A stretch of DNA of 64,000 nucleotides, taken from assembly GCA_977020255.1 (NCBI GenBank), contig CDROCS010001038.1:1-64000 (forward strand). Reading direction: 5' to 3'. The notes beneath the pieces are model-generated. The model made no database searches and had not been told where the DNA came from. It saw nothing but the letters and a program-made list of their open reading frames with translations. Both the position numbers and the translations under genes were made by a program. This DNA comes from Obrimoposthia wandeli (Eukaryota). Below, in pieces: positions 50,390 to 60,425 of the stretch (position 1 is its first letter; each line of letters opens with the position of its first letter).

Positions 50390-50765
50390 ATGGCTTCGAA
50401 TATAAACAATATTTAAATTGAACCTTTTTTATTAAAATGAAAAAAATACAAAGAAGCATACCCTATTTTAAAGCTTTAGTCAAAGCCTCTTCTAATAAGA
50501 GAATGATTATTCTTAAAGCTTTTCCATCTTTTGTTGTAGATGATTTATTGGAAGTTTTGTATAATATAGTTTTGGGTCGAGTAAAAGTTGGAAATCGGAA
50601 AAATATATTAAAGAAATATAGAAAAACTCTTCTAGATATTGCTAATGTAAAAAGTAAAAAAGGAAACGAAATATTATTCTTAAACAAAATGGTGGTTTCA
50701 TAGGGGCTGTTATTCCAGTTGTTGCTTCAATTATCAGTAGTATTATAGCTGCGACACATTCATAA
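50390..50765 (+). pseudogene. Conserved Polinton small basic protein with GGF-hydrophobic tail
   Basis: YFKALVKAS..DDLLEVLYNIVLGRV..LKKYRKTL, then after a frameshift GGFIGAVIPVVASIISSII. Confidence 0.7.
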
Positions 50766-50851
50766 ACAATTATTTCTAAAATCAGCTAAAGATATGGGTG
50801 CTAGCCCTTCTTTACCTAAACTTAAATTTTCTTTCTATTCAAATTGTTGTA

Positions 50852-51701
50852 ATGGAGAAGATATGGTTCAATCCAAAAGATCCAATTGGCTACACAGGAG
50901 TTTCAAAATTAGCAAAAAGAACAAAACAAAATTACAAGAAAACGCAGAAATGGCTGAGCGACCAGTTACCCTACAGTCTGAACAAGCCGATGAGAAGAAG
51001 GTTTCCAAATAGAGCTTACAAAACCAGCGGTCTTAATAATTTATGGCAAATGGATTTGATGGAGATGATCCCATATTCTTCCATTAATAAGGGATATCGA
51101 TATATTTTAACATGTATTGATGTATTTAGCAGGTACAATACAAAGCAGCAGTAGTAGAAAGATTTAATCGTACTCTAAGAGATCGAATAAAAATGTATTT
51201 CACAAAAGAAGGAAATAAAAAATGGATCCAAGTTTTATATAAAATAATACATGCATATAATCACTCTGAACATAGAGGTCTCAAGGGAATGAGACCTGTT
51301 GATGTTACTAATAAAAACTCTATGGACATTTGGATGAACAGGAATAAAAAAGATAAAATTAAAAAAGCTAAATATAAGAAAAACGAATATGTTCGAATTT
51401 CAAAAATTAGCTCTACTCCATTTATTAAAAACTTCGATCAGAATTGGAGCGATGAAATATTTTGTATAAGTAAAATTGATCAAAAGAGTAATCCAATAAT
51501 GTATACTATTAAAGATGCTGACAGTAATATCCTTCACGGTAAATTTTACGAGCAAGAACTACAAGTAATATCAAATAAACTTAGCGTTTTCCGTATTCAA
51601 AAAATATTAAATCTAAGGGTACAGGTAAACATAAACAATACTTTGTTAAATGGCATGGTTATTCAGACCCAACTTGGATATCAGCATCTAATATAATATG
51701 A
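50852..51701 (+). pseudogene. Retroviral-like integrase with C-terminal chromodomain; internal deletion
   Basis: WQMDL, IDVFSRY, AAVVERFNRTL, AYNHSEHR and chromodomain QYFVKWHGYSDPTW. The segment carrying the second catalytic Asp is missing at about 51135. Confidence 0.92.
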
Positions 51702-52760
51702 AGTCTATGTATATGGTTTTACCTAGTAACGGATGTCCGAAGACTCAACCAGATAATTACGCTAGTAGCTTTATTATCGATTGGGAAAATCCTATAAATC
51801 TCCAAGGAGAATGGAAAGCGGCTTTAACCGAATTTTCTTTTTATTATTCTCCAATTACTATCAGAAAAAACTCACATATTTCGTTTACAAAAGAAGTTGA
51901 TCATGAAAAAACAACTAAAGTTGTGATCGGGTTTGATAGTAAAGGAAAATTATTTTACAATTGTATAGATAAAGAAGTGAAAGTAATATATGAAAAAAAC
52001 AAAGTCAGATTTAAAAATCGATCAAAACATTTTCAACCTATTCAAATTATATTCGAATCTGGAAAAGAAGCTCTTCAATTCGGTTTTGATAGTGGACATG
52101 TAGTAGGTATGAAGAGATCTGATATTGTCTCATCTAAAATGTTTAAAAATGTTCCTAGTAGAGTAGTAAGAGTGTTGTTAGTTGAAACGAGACCAAAGAC
52201 TGTAGTGGAACTGAAAATGTTTTCAAAAGATTATAAAATAGATAGTGAAGTGAATTTCTGTAAATTACTACAGAAGGAATGTAGTGAATAATTGGATAAA
52301 TGTGAAACATTAAAAAAATGGTAAAATAACGTTTACAGTAATGAGCAATATAAAACGAGTTTCATTTGATGATAAACTCGCTAAAAACCTTGGTTTAAAC
52401 AGAAATACCTTTGAAACCCATACAATAAAAACCATAAAAGCTAAAAATAAGGCAAAACTTTTAAATGCTGTTAATCATTTATATATTTATACTAATTTAA
52501 TAGAACCAACGCTTGTTGGAGGACAACGAGTTCCACTTTTGAGAACAATATGGATATCTAAAAATGAAACTAAAGATGGTGACGCTGTCGGTATGTGTAT
52601 AGATCAACCAATGTATCTTCCAGTTGCTCTCTTTTCTATAAACAATATTGAAGTAAATATTAGAGATGATTCCGGACAACTCATAGATTTCACGTACGGG
52701 GCCAAGACAAGTTTAACAATACATTTAAGAAAACAAAATGGCGAATCTAGCAATAATTGA
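51698..52760 (+). pseudogene. Minor capsid (penton-like, PX) protein, frameshifted at about 52290-52320
   Basis: MYMVLPSN..PDNYASSF..L.GEWKAALTE and LYIYTNLIEPTLVGG..PLLRTI..IEVNIRDDSGQLIDF..LTIHLRK. Confidence 0.9.
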
Positions 52761-53115
52761 AGCTTATAGTCAAAGCCAACAAGGTGGAGAATTACCATAT
52801 TTTGTTGGCAAACAATATGGATCTGGCTGGCTTAGAACATTAGGTAGATTTGCCTTTCCTCTTTTAAAGAGACTCGGGCGATTTATATCAAAATTAGGAA
52901 AGGATTACCTTTCATCTTAGGACAACAATCTAATACCAACTTTTAAGAAGCATGCGCTTGATGAACTTGATAATGTTTTGCCTGAAGTTGCTAATTTGAT
53001 TAGAAAACGTAAATCAAATAAAGGCCAAGGAGGTAGTGGATTTAAAAGTAAAAAGAAGCTAAAAATTAATATAAACAAACGTAAGAAAGTTGAAGGAACA
53101 ATATTTGCAAAATGA
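52738..53115 (+). pseudogene. Basic core-like Polinton protein, premature TAG at 52918-52920
   Basis: QQGGELPYFVGKQYGSGWLRTLGRFAFPLLK, continuing past the stop to a Lys-rich tail. The element A copy has Lys at the stop position. Confidence 0.7.
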
Positions 53116-54340
53116 GTTGCGCCAAAACCGAATTGTGTATTTTTGATAAACCGCTTCCACAAGTAGTTGTAGATAATGCTTCCTTTGAAGAAATATTCCT
53201 AGTTAACTCAGTTTCAGGAACCACTTTAACCGATTTAGAATTTAATATTAATGGTTCCAATAGCGAGTATTTAGATTTGAATGATACTTTGCTTTATGTT
53301 CAAATAAAAGTATTACATCGGGATGGTACTAATTTAGATGAAAATGCCGATGTAACACCTGTAAATTATCTCTTTAATTCATTATTTAATGATGCCATTG
53401 TTACTCTTAATAATGTCAAAATTGAAGGTGGAAATTCTTCCTATGCTCATAAAGCTTTGATTGAAAGTCTTTTGAATTATAGTACTGATACTCAAAATAC
53501 TAATTTGGCAACCATTGGTTATGATAAAACTGTTGCAACTCGCAAAGAATGGATTGCAGGTTCTAAAGCTTACGAAATGTGTGGGTATTTGAGATTGAAT
53601 TTCTTTGAACAACCGAAATATTTAATTCTCGGTGTTAATGTACACCTTCGTTTGAAACGTAATAAATGGAATTTTTCTTTGATAAGCACAGACGTTCTAA
53701 AACCTAGACTTGATATTTTGGATGCAAAATTGTATGTCCGAAGAGTTAAAACCGAGCAATCAGTTTTAATGGCACATAATATGGGAATGGAAAAAACAAT
53801 GCTTGTTATCCTATTAGAGAAACTAAACTTATATCTTATTCTTTAGGTACGGGTACACAAGCTTTTAATAAGGATCACATTTTTGGTGATGTAAGATTAC
53901 CGAAATTCATTTTAATTTCTTTTCAAAAAACTGCAAAGTTTCTAGGAAATTATACGACAGATGCAACTCAATTTGACAATCTTAGTGTAGGTTCAGTGAC
54001 ACTTTCAAGAAATACTGATTATCGTGAAACATATAAAACAAATTTCGAAGGTAACACTTATGCTTTGGCTTATACCCAATTTATTATTCGTAATTTGGGT
54101 CAACTAGATAAAAATATAAACAATGGTATTTCTTTCACTGAGTTTAAAAGTAGCTGCCCGTTCTTCACATTCGTTTTGGCACCAGACTTTGATATAAACC
54201 AATGCCAACTACCAAATGATGGAAATTTACGACTAGAAATTAAGTTCAATGCAGCTTTAACACATTCTACTACGGTGCTTATTTACGGAGTATTTGATTC
54301 GGAAATACAAATCAATAAAAACAGAACTGTCATATTATAG
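53112..54340 (+). pseudogene. Major capsid protein (double jelly-roll, PY), frameshifted near 53800
   Basis: CAKTELCIFDKP..LEFNI.G..EYLDLNDTLLY..; ILDAKLYVRRV; GNLRLEIKF..L..STTVLIYGVFD..IQINKNR. Confidence 0.92.
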
Positions 54341-54341
54341 A

Positions 54342-54725
54342 ATGGAGTAAGACATATTTTAAAATTATATTTATTAATTTTTATGTAGTTCAAAACAAGT
54401 AAAAGAATCAGCAGACAAGGTCCTGGGTGATAAATTCAATAGAGTTTATCCTATTGATATGATTCCATTTTTTCAATCTGGAGGTTACATTATCAATACC
54501 CATACTTCGAATTTACCAGGAGAACATTGGATAGCTATTTATGTTAGAGAGTGGACAATACATGTATTTGATCCACTTGCAATGTATTATCCACACAAAC
54601 TTGTTTCGACTATTCAAAAAGGACGAAGAAGATTATTTTACAACAAGATACAATATCAGGATCCTGCGACGAGAAACTGTGGACATTTATGTATTTTATG
54701 ATTATCGTTGCAAAACAATTAGTGT
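54342..54725 (+). CDS. Adenain-like cysteine protease, two exons (intron 54347-54388), TGA at 54699-54701 just after the catalytic region
   Basis: MD|SKQVKES..NTHTSNLPGEHWIAI..FDPL..QYQDPATRNCGHLC, giving a His/Asp/Cys triad and the oxyanion Gln. Confidence 0.88.
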
Positions 54726-54981
54726 GTTGTAAAAATAAATATTTTAAATGTTTTATTTTGAATTATTTTTTACATCTCTAAAAATATAAGGGTAAAATAA
54801 TAAAAGACATAAGACAAAATTTTTTAATACATTTATTAATCACAACATCACAATGAGATATGTCAGCAAAGATAAGGTTCATCCTAAAAAATGTATTGAA
54901 ATAACATATAAGTTAGAGTCTAGGTGCCATAGGGATCTAAAATTTTAAAAAACTAAAAAAATCAAATAAAATGAAAACCGT

Positions 54982-57132
54982 TTAAATTCTGAAGTGTCCA
55001 TAAGCCAGGCTAGCGTTCTTTTCTACCCAAAAGCGCTTGTCGTAATTACTACTCAAAGCGATTTTGGTTGATTTATGGGAATACAGTTGATGGGCTCTTG
55101 AAATAAATCTAGTTTGCTCAACGGTTTCAATACACCCAGTATCATAAACTTTCCGGTAGGCCTCATGTGTAAGATTGTTTCTTTTCACACCCTTTGCTCT
55201 CATTGAACATGTATTATTAGATGCATGTAAACTGTAGCATTTAGTGCGTAGGAAAATACAATCATAATACGAAACCTGTCCCTCGCTTTCATCCTTAAAT
55301 TTCCCGATAATGTCTTTTAAACTCATAGAGTGTAGAGGATGGTTAGCGGGATATTTATGGGTATCTAGTAAGTTGTCCCTAAACATTGCTGGTAATAATT
55401 GATTATTTAAACTAACATTCTTACATTCTAAAAAGAAAGAGTCAGTGTCCCCTGCCGCGATTTTGATCTCACAATTAAATTCTTGTCGGTATTTCTCCAA
55501 TTCTATGTATTGAAGCTCATACATTCTGAGTTTAGAAATGTCTAAAACCGTTTGACCTATATAACTCGGTCGATCGAGACAAATACTCTGTTTTCGTAAT
55601 AACACTGCTACCAAGTCATCTGCAATTGTAAAACTACGCTTGAATTTGTACTTGCTAGTATATGTTATTAGTTTACACTCATCATTGCAAAACCGTAGAC
55701 AAATAAGTTTCCGCAAGTCCTCTACAGTTTTTCCAAAGAGACTATTACTTTTTAACTTGTAAAAATCTAGATCGAATTTGCTAGTGGCCAAATTACGTTT
55801 TCTAGAATTCTTCTCAATATAGTCTTTAAACACAAAGTTTTGACTGAAGCTTATAGCACGATGAATTCGAGTAACTTTCGCTCCCAGCTTTAAGTAGAAT
55901 TGAAGAAGCCGCCAATGCACAACATAATTCAACTTGTCTTCATGGGTTAACAATAATTTCTTAACCTTTGAATTAGGTAGGCATTGATGAACAGGCGCTA
56001 CTGGAAGATCATCTAATTTATCATGCACATTGGGAGGGATTTTTATGTCCACCTCAACCAAATAGCTAACGTCGGATGAAACTGTATCAACAGTAGCCAA
56101 ATCTGTCATCAACTTATTCAACTGATCCACATCATAAACCCACTTAAAGTTGGCATGAGGTAGAGGTTGAGTAAGCGCCCACCCATACAAATTATTAATA
56201 TCGATGTACAGAATCTCCGTGGATTGATTTTTGACAACATGATGTTTGTTGACAAAAGTCATTCCACCGCGTATACCATAATCATACATTTGATACATCG
56301 CGGGATCTTGCAGTAACTTGATATTAATTTTAAGAGTTTTTATTGCTGTTGCCCATGAAAGACCAGGTAAACTAAAGAAATGCATGGGATCTAGCCCATC
56401 TTCTGCTAAAGATTTTACACGAAAGGACTCAAAAACATCAGCTAAAAGATAAATGTCTAACTTCATATAATAAAGCATATATTCTAAAAGATTTCGACAA
56501 TTATTTGCCCAAAATGTACGGGCATCATTATAGTCTTGAAGACTTACACCCTCATATTCAGTTATAAGTGGGATTTCAGTTGTATTTTCTAAATCTGCAA
56601 AAGTTTTCGCAAATTTATACGGAAAAATCCCCTTATCGTTAACCGAAGCTGGGAACACTGACTGTGTAATTGGCCTTGCATTTAAAGATGCCATTTTATT
56701 TTTTAAAGAACCACTCAAAAACTGCAGAGAATCTATGAATCTTAAACTGCAGAATTCAGTATATGCAGTTAAAGATAAATATTTCTCTGAAGTTTGAGGT
56801 ATACATGAAATTTCCCAAGAGCTTAATGTACCCAACGCATATTTAAGTATATGATGCAAATCATATCCTTTGAGGTTATGAAACACAATGGGAATTCGTG
56901 GTTTTTTAGGGAGACGACGGCCAAGGTTACAGAGGTTGCACGCCGCTCCTAAGTATCGCCCCGTAACATGATCGTGATCTCTGACTAACTTAGACTGGGT
57001 TCCACACAAATAACATAATCTACTAGAATTAAAATTAACCCAGTTTATGCCTGTCATGATCACTGCTTGATGAGCATTAAGATCATACCACGGTTTGACA
57101 ATTGTTGTTCCTAATTCCTCTAATCTTAACAT
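54982..57132 (-). CDS. Protein-primed family B DNA polymerase, 716-aa uninterrupted C-terminal part
   Basis: Endonuclease VII-like RDHDHVTGRYLGAACNLCNL, exonuclease motifs FHNLKGYD and FIDSL, polymerase motifs YIDINNLYG, KLKSNSLFGK and AGDTDS. Confidence 0.96.
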   Translation of the reverse strand: MLRLEELGTTIVKPWYDLNAHQAVIMTGINWVNFNSSRLCYLCGTQSKLVRDHDHVTGRYLGAACNLCNLGRRLPKKPRIPIVFHNLKGYDLHHILKYALGTLSSWEISCIPQTSEKYLSLTAYTEFCSLRFIDSLQFLSGSLKNKMASLNARPITQSVFPASVNDKGIFPYKFAKTFADLENTTEIPLITEYEGVSLQDYNDARTFWANNCRNLLEYMLYYMKLDIYLLADVFESFRVKSLAEDGLDPMHFFSLPGLSWATAIKTLKINIKLLQDPAMYQMYDYGIRGGMTFVNKHHVVKNQSTEILYIDINNLYGWALTQPLPHANFKWVYDVDQLNKLMTDLATVDTVSSDVSYLVEVDIKIPPNVHDKLDDLPVAPVHQCLPNSKVKKLLLTHEDKLNYVVHWRLLQFYLKLGAKVTRIHRAISFSQNFVFKDYIEKNSRKRNLATSKFDLDFYKLKSNSLFGKTVEDLRKLICLRFCNDECKLITYTSKYKFKRSFTIADDLVAVLLRKQSICLDRPSYIGQTVLDISKLRMYELQYIELEKYRQEFNCEIKIAAGDTDSFFLECKNVSLNNQLLPAMFRDNLLDTHKYPANHPLHSMSLKDIIGKFKDESEGQVSYYDCIFLRTKCYSLHASNNTCSMRAKGVKRNNLTHEAYRKVYDTGCIETVEQTRFISRAHQLYSHKSTKIALSSNYDKRFWVEKNASLAYGHFRI

Positions 57133-58578
57133 AAAATCTAAAATACAATTTGGACCGGAAAATTTATGATACTGTGTAATATTGGGGCCTAAGAATAGTA
57201 GTCCTGCCGAAGCCGGTAGGTGAATACTCTCATACTAGTCGTGCAATGCTAAAATTGACTCAAAATCTGCATACACCCTGTATTCCACGGGTATGCATTT
57301 TGCCCAATCCCTGAATTTTAAATCTTATCCTTAGGCATGCTATATAGCGTATTGTCATCAGGATTCAGTGAACATAATGTCAGATGTTTGCTGTAAGAGA
57401 GCTCGGATCGGAACCCATGCAAACATCTATGACACCACTTACACCTTATCCTAACCGGTAAGGTTCCATTATCTAAATTTAGAAGACGATCTAAATTGGG
57501 AATTGCAGCATAATGGAATTTTTTATTATGTTCGAGCAAAATTAAGTTGACCTGAGTCCCCTCATTTTTGCTCCTATAAATTACATCTACAAAAGGATTT
57601 TTAAAAATTTCTTCGTCTATTACATTAAATGGGATATCAGTATTATATTTGAATACATTAATACTCAAGTTATTAAGATGTTCAAATCTTGATATCGCAG
57701 TTAATTTAACAGGAAAATCTATTCCATGATACTGCAATTCATTTTAAAAAGGGGTATATTTACTGACACGCTCTCTATGCTCAGTAATTACATCCCTTTT
57801 GAGGATGGCCAACACGCTATACAGAAAGCAAAGGTTATCACTGTTTTGTACGTTAACAATGGAACGTGAAAGTTGAAGAGATCTAGGTGAAGGAATGTAT
57901 GAACTCCCCGAAAGATATATCATGTCAGTGAACTTTGTTAGAACAAAGCTAACATCGTGAATTCTAACTAGAGTCCATCCACTACTTAACTCGCTATAAT
58001 TAGCAATTTTTTCATCCAGGTTTCTTCCAATTTCAGTTACAAATTATCATAAAAAACAGTTGCTTTATGTGAAATTACCCAAGTTTTAGTTTCCTCATTG
58101 ACATTTTTAAACTGCACTGTTGCGCAAAATTGAACCTTAGCCTGTCCTAATTTAGTCACTTCTGATTTTTAAAGATTTTCAATATTTGAATCTACACCTA
58201 CGTTTAATAAAATTTCATTTCCTAATGGCACCTTAACTATAATATATTTATTATTTAGGTGATACTCTATAGTAGCACCGTTTTCTCTACATTTTTTTGG
58301 TGGGACCTTATTAAGAAATTGGCCTCGCCTCTTTCTTCCGTTTGTCGCTGACAAACCTCCCCCTAATTGAACGGGAAGACAACTAGTTATATTAATCGCA
58401 GCTGAGGTTGAAGGTGCTGCTATTGGTGATGCTGCCGATGTTGAGGCAACCGTAGCTGATGTTGAAGGGGCTACTGTAGCAGGTGCTGCCGATGTTGATG
58501 AGACAGTGGCAGTTGTAGAGGCTGCATTTGAAGCTGACCTTGCCGATGAAGAAGCGGCTGTTGTAGAGGTTAGTGCTG
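57133..58578 (-). pseudogene. N-terminal part of pPolB (S/T/A linker, LGGG, terminal-protein region), several frameshifts
   Basis: ALTSTTAASS...VQLGGGL..SGWTLVRI..GSSYIP..CFLYSVLA..GIDFP..SINVF..YADF. Confidence 0.85.
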
Positions 58579-58625
58579 CTGAAATAAATATATTAAAAAA
58601 TAAATATATTTTTAAAAATTATTAC

Positions 58626-59244
58626 CTCTAAGGCGTGCTAACATCGATGTAGGCGCTCGCGATGGTGGAGGCATATCTGTTGTAGCAGTTGTTATCGCTC
58701 CACTGAGGCTGCTCCATCTCTAAATCTGACTGGGTGATATTTTCCATCCAGTCATTGTTTGAGAATTGGGTTGCTGGTGCCAACTCCTCAAAATTTTCTT
58801 AGGAGATGTCGTTCATCCACTCATTGTTAGACATTTGAGTGGATGGGGCAGCAGCAGAATCAGGAGCAGGGAGAGAAGGACCAATGGCAGGACCGTAAAA
58901 GGGTTGATCGACTGCAACTGAAATTGGAGGTGGAACTGGAGCGGCCTGCGAATCGCGCACCAATTGCATGATATCCCTCTTCTTGTTGTTGGCCGTGAAA
59001 CACGATAGATGAGCTCGATGTTCACCGAAGAAGTCTCGAAATTCCTTCTCCTCCATTGTTTTTCAGAATGGGCAAACGAAGAAGTGAAGACCGCGAGACT
59101 TTGTCCGATAGTATGCAAACATTGTCTCCATGCAGGTCTCTCCTCCATGCGGAGCCGAAGCACCACAATATGCGGGAAACAGGATACAAGTAATCTGAAA
59201 TAATAAATATTAATAAGGAAATAATAAATATAGATTCTTACCAT
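58626..59244 (-). pseudogene. Spliced leader exons upstream of pPolB (element B)
   Basis: ATG 59244-59242, 47-nt intron 59241-59195, exon 59194-58626, 47-nt intron 58625-58579, all GT-AG. Two premature stops and one frame change. Confidence 0.75.
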
Positions 59245-59345
59245 AGGCAATATTTCAAATTGTCGGGGATTTAAATGAAGAAAGTGTTTGCTTATATACT
59301 AAAATTTATGCACACATGCTCTTTTCCAATTGGATTAAAAAATTG

Positions 59346-59470
59346 AATTTATTCCTCCAATGAGAAGGATTGTTTATCAGTTATTGGTTGAAAAAAAAAT
59401 TTATTCCTCCAATTAAAGAGAAGGATTGTTTATCTGTTATTGGTTGAAAAAATAATTTTATTCCTCCAAT
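59346..59470. repeat. About 55-bp direct repeat (2 full copies and 1 partial) containing CCAAT and ATTGG
   Basis: The unit AATTTATTCCTCCAAT..GAGAAGGATTGTTTATC.GTTATTGGTTGAAAAA is repeated upstream of the leader/pPolB gene. Confidence 0.8.
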
Positions 59471-59516
59471 CAAAAGGCTTATTTGTAAATATTTGTAAAT
59501 AATTCAGTCTTTCACG

Positions 59517-59726
59517 TTAAGATTGGTATATATTGTCAATTCTCCTATGAATATTAAAATTAATTATATTAAATGTAAACATACCTAAATATTTCAAAAT
59601 TAAATTACATATTGTATATCCAATGGTATCCGTACTATCATTTACTGAAAAGTAAATTTTTTTATAATCTTCCATTAAATCTGGAGATAATTTTATGAAT
59701 AATTTATTCCAATTTTTATTATCCAT
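59517..59726 (-). CDS. Small unknown Polinton ORF (69 aa)
   Basis: ATG-initiated ORF between the other minus-strand accessory genes. No recognisable motif. Confidence 0.4.
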   Translation of the reverse strand: MDNKNWNKLFIKLSPDLMEDYKKIYFSVNDSTDTIGYTICNLILKYLGMFTFNIINFNIHRRIDNIYQS

Positions 59727-59810
59727 TTTACAAAAAAACTTTATATTTAAATTTGTTTATATTTAGACAATTTTATAACATAATGAATAAAGACAAAGTA
59801 ATCAATAAAA

Positions 59811-60134
59811 TTAATTTTTTTTTGTGGAAGGACCCTCTTCCGGTTTAATCTGAAGGATTCGCTTTCTTGCTGCTCGTCGAACATCCTCCGTCTCTTCTCT
59901 TCTTTTTTCCTCCACCTTCTTTTTTTCCATTTCGATTTTCTTGTTCCACTCCACGACCCGACGTCGTTCTGCTAGCCGCCTGTCCTGAATCTCCATCCGA
60001 CGATTCCACTCGGTCGCGACAGCAGTATACAAATTCTGGTTGAGGATCCTCTTTCGTAAGTCTCCTTTCTTCTCATTTATTCTTATGTTTGCCTCGATCA
60101 TCGTCACCAAACTTTGCAATTTAATAAATTCCAT
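59811..60134 (-). CDS. Charged coiled-coil-like Polinton protein (107 aa)
   Basis: Intact GC-richer ORF rich in E/K/R, with a TATATATA box about 35 nt upstream. Confidence 0.65.
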   Translation of the reverse strand: MEFIKLQSLVTMIEANIRINEKKGDLRKRILNQNLYTAVATEWNRRMEIQDRRLAERRRVVEWNKKIEMEKKKVEEKRREETEDVRRAARKRILQIKPEEGPSTKKN

Positions 60135-60425
60135 TTTTTAATTATGAATATGTTAATAAATTTGAACCTATATATATATAAATTTAAGATATTTTTAATC
60201 CAATCATAAGCAATTAAAATATATTTATCAAATGAAAGTTTAATAAATATATAACTAATCATTGCATTTATATTTAATGCTAAAAAATTTTAATTATTCC
60301 TTAATAATCCAATCACATTCGAATAAGTTAACTTTATTTTTAATCTTGTTATTTTAATAAACTTAAGGAGGATATTTTAATATTACTAAATTCTAAAATA
60401 AATAATAAAAAGACAACACAAGAAA

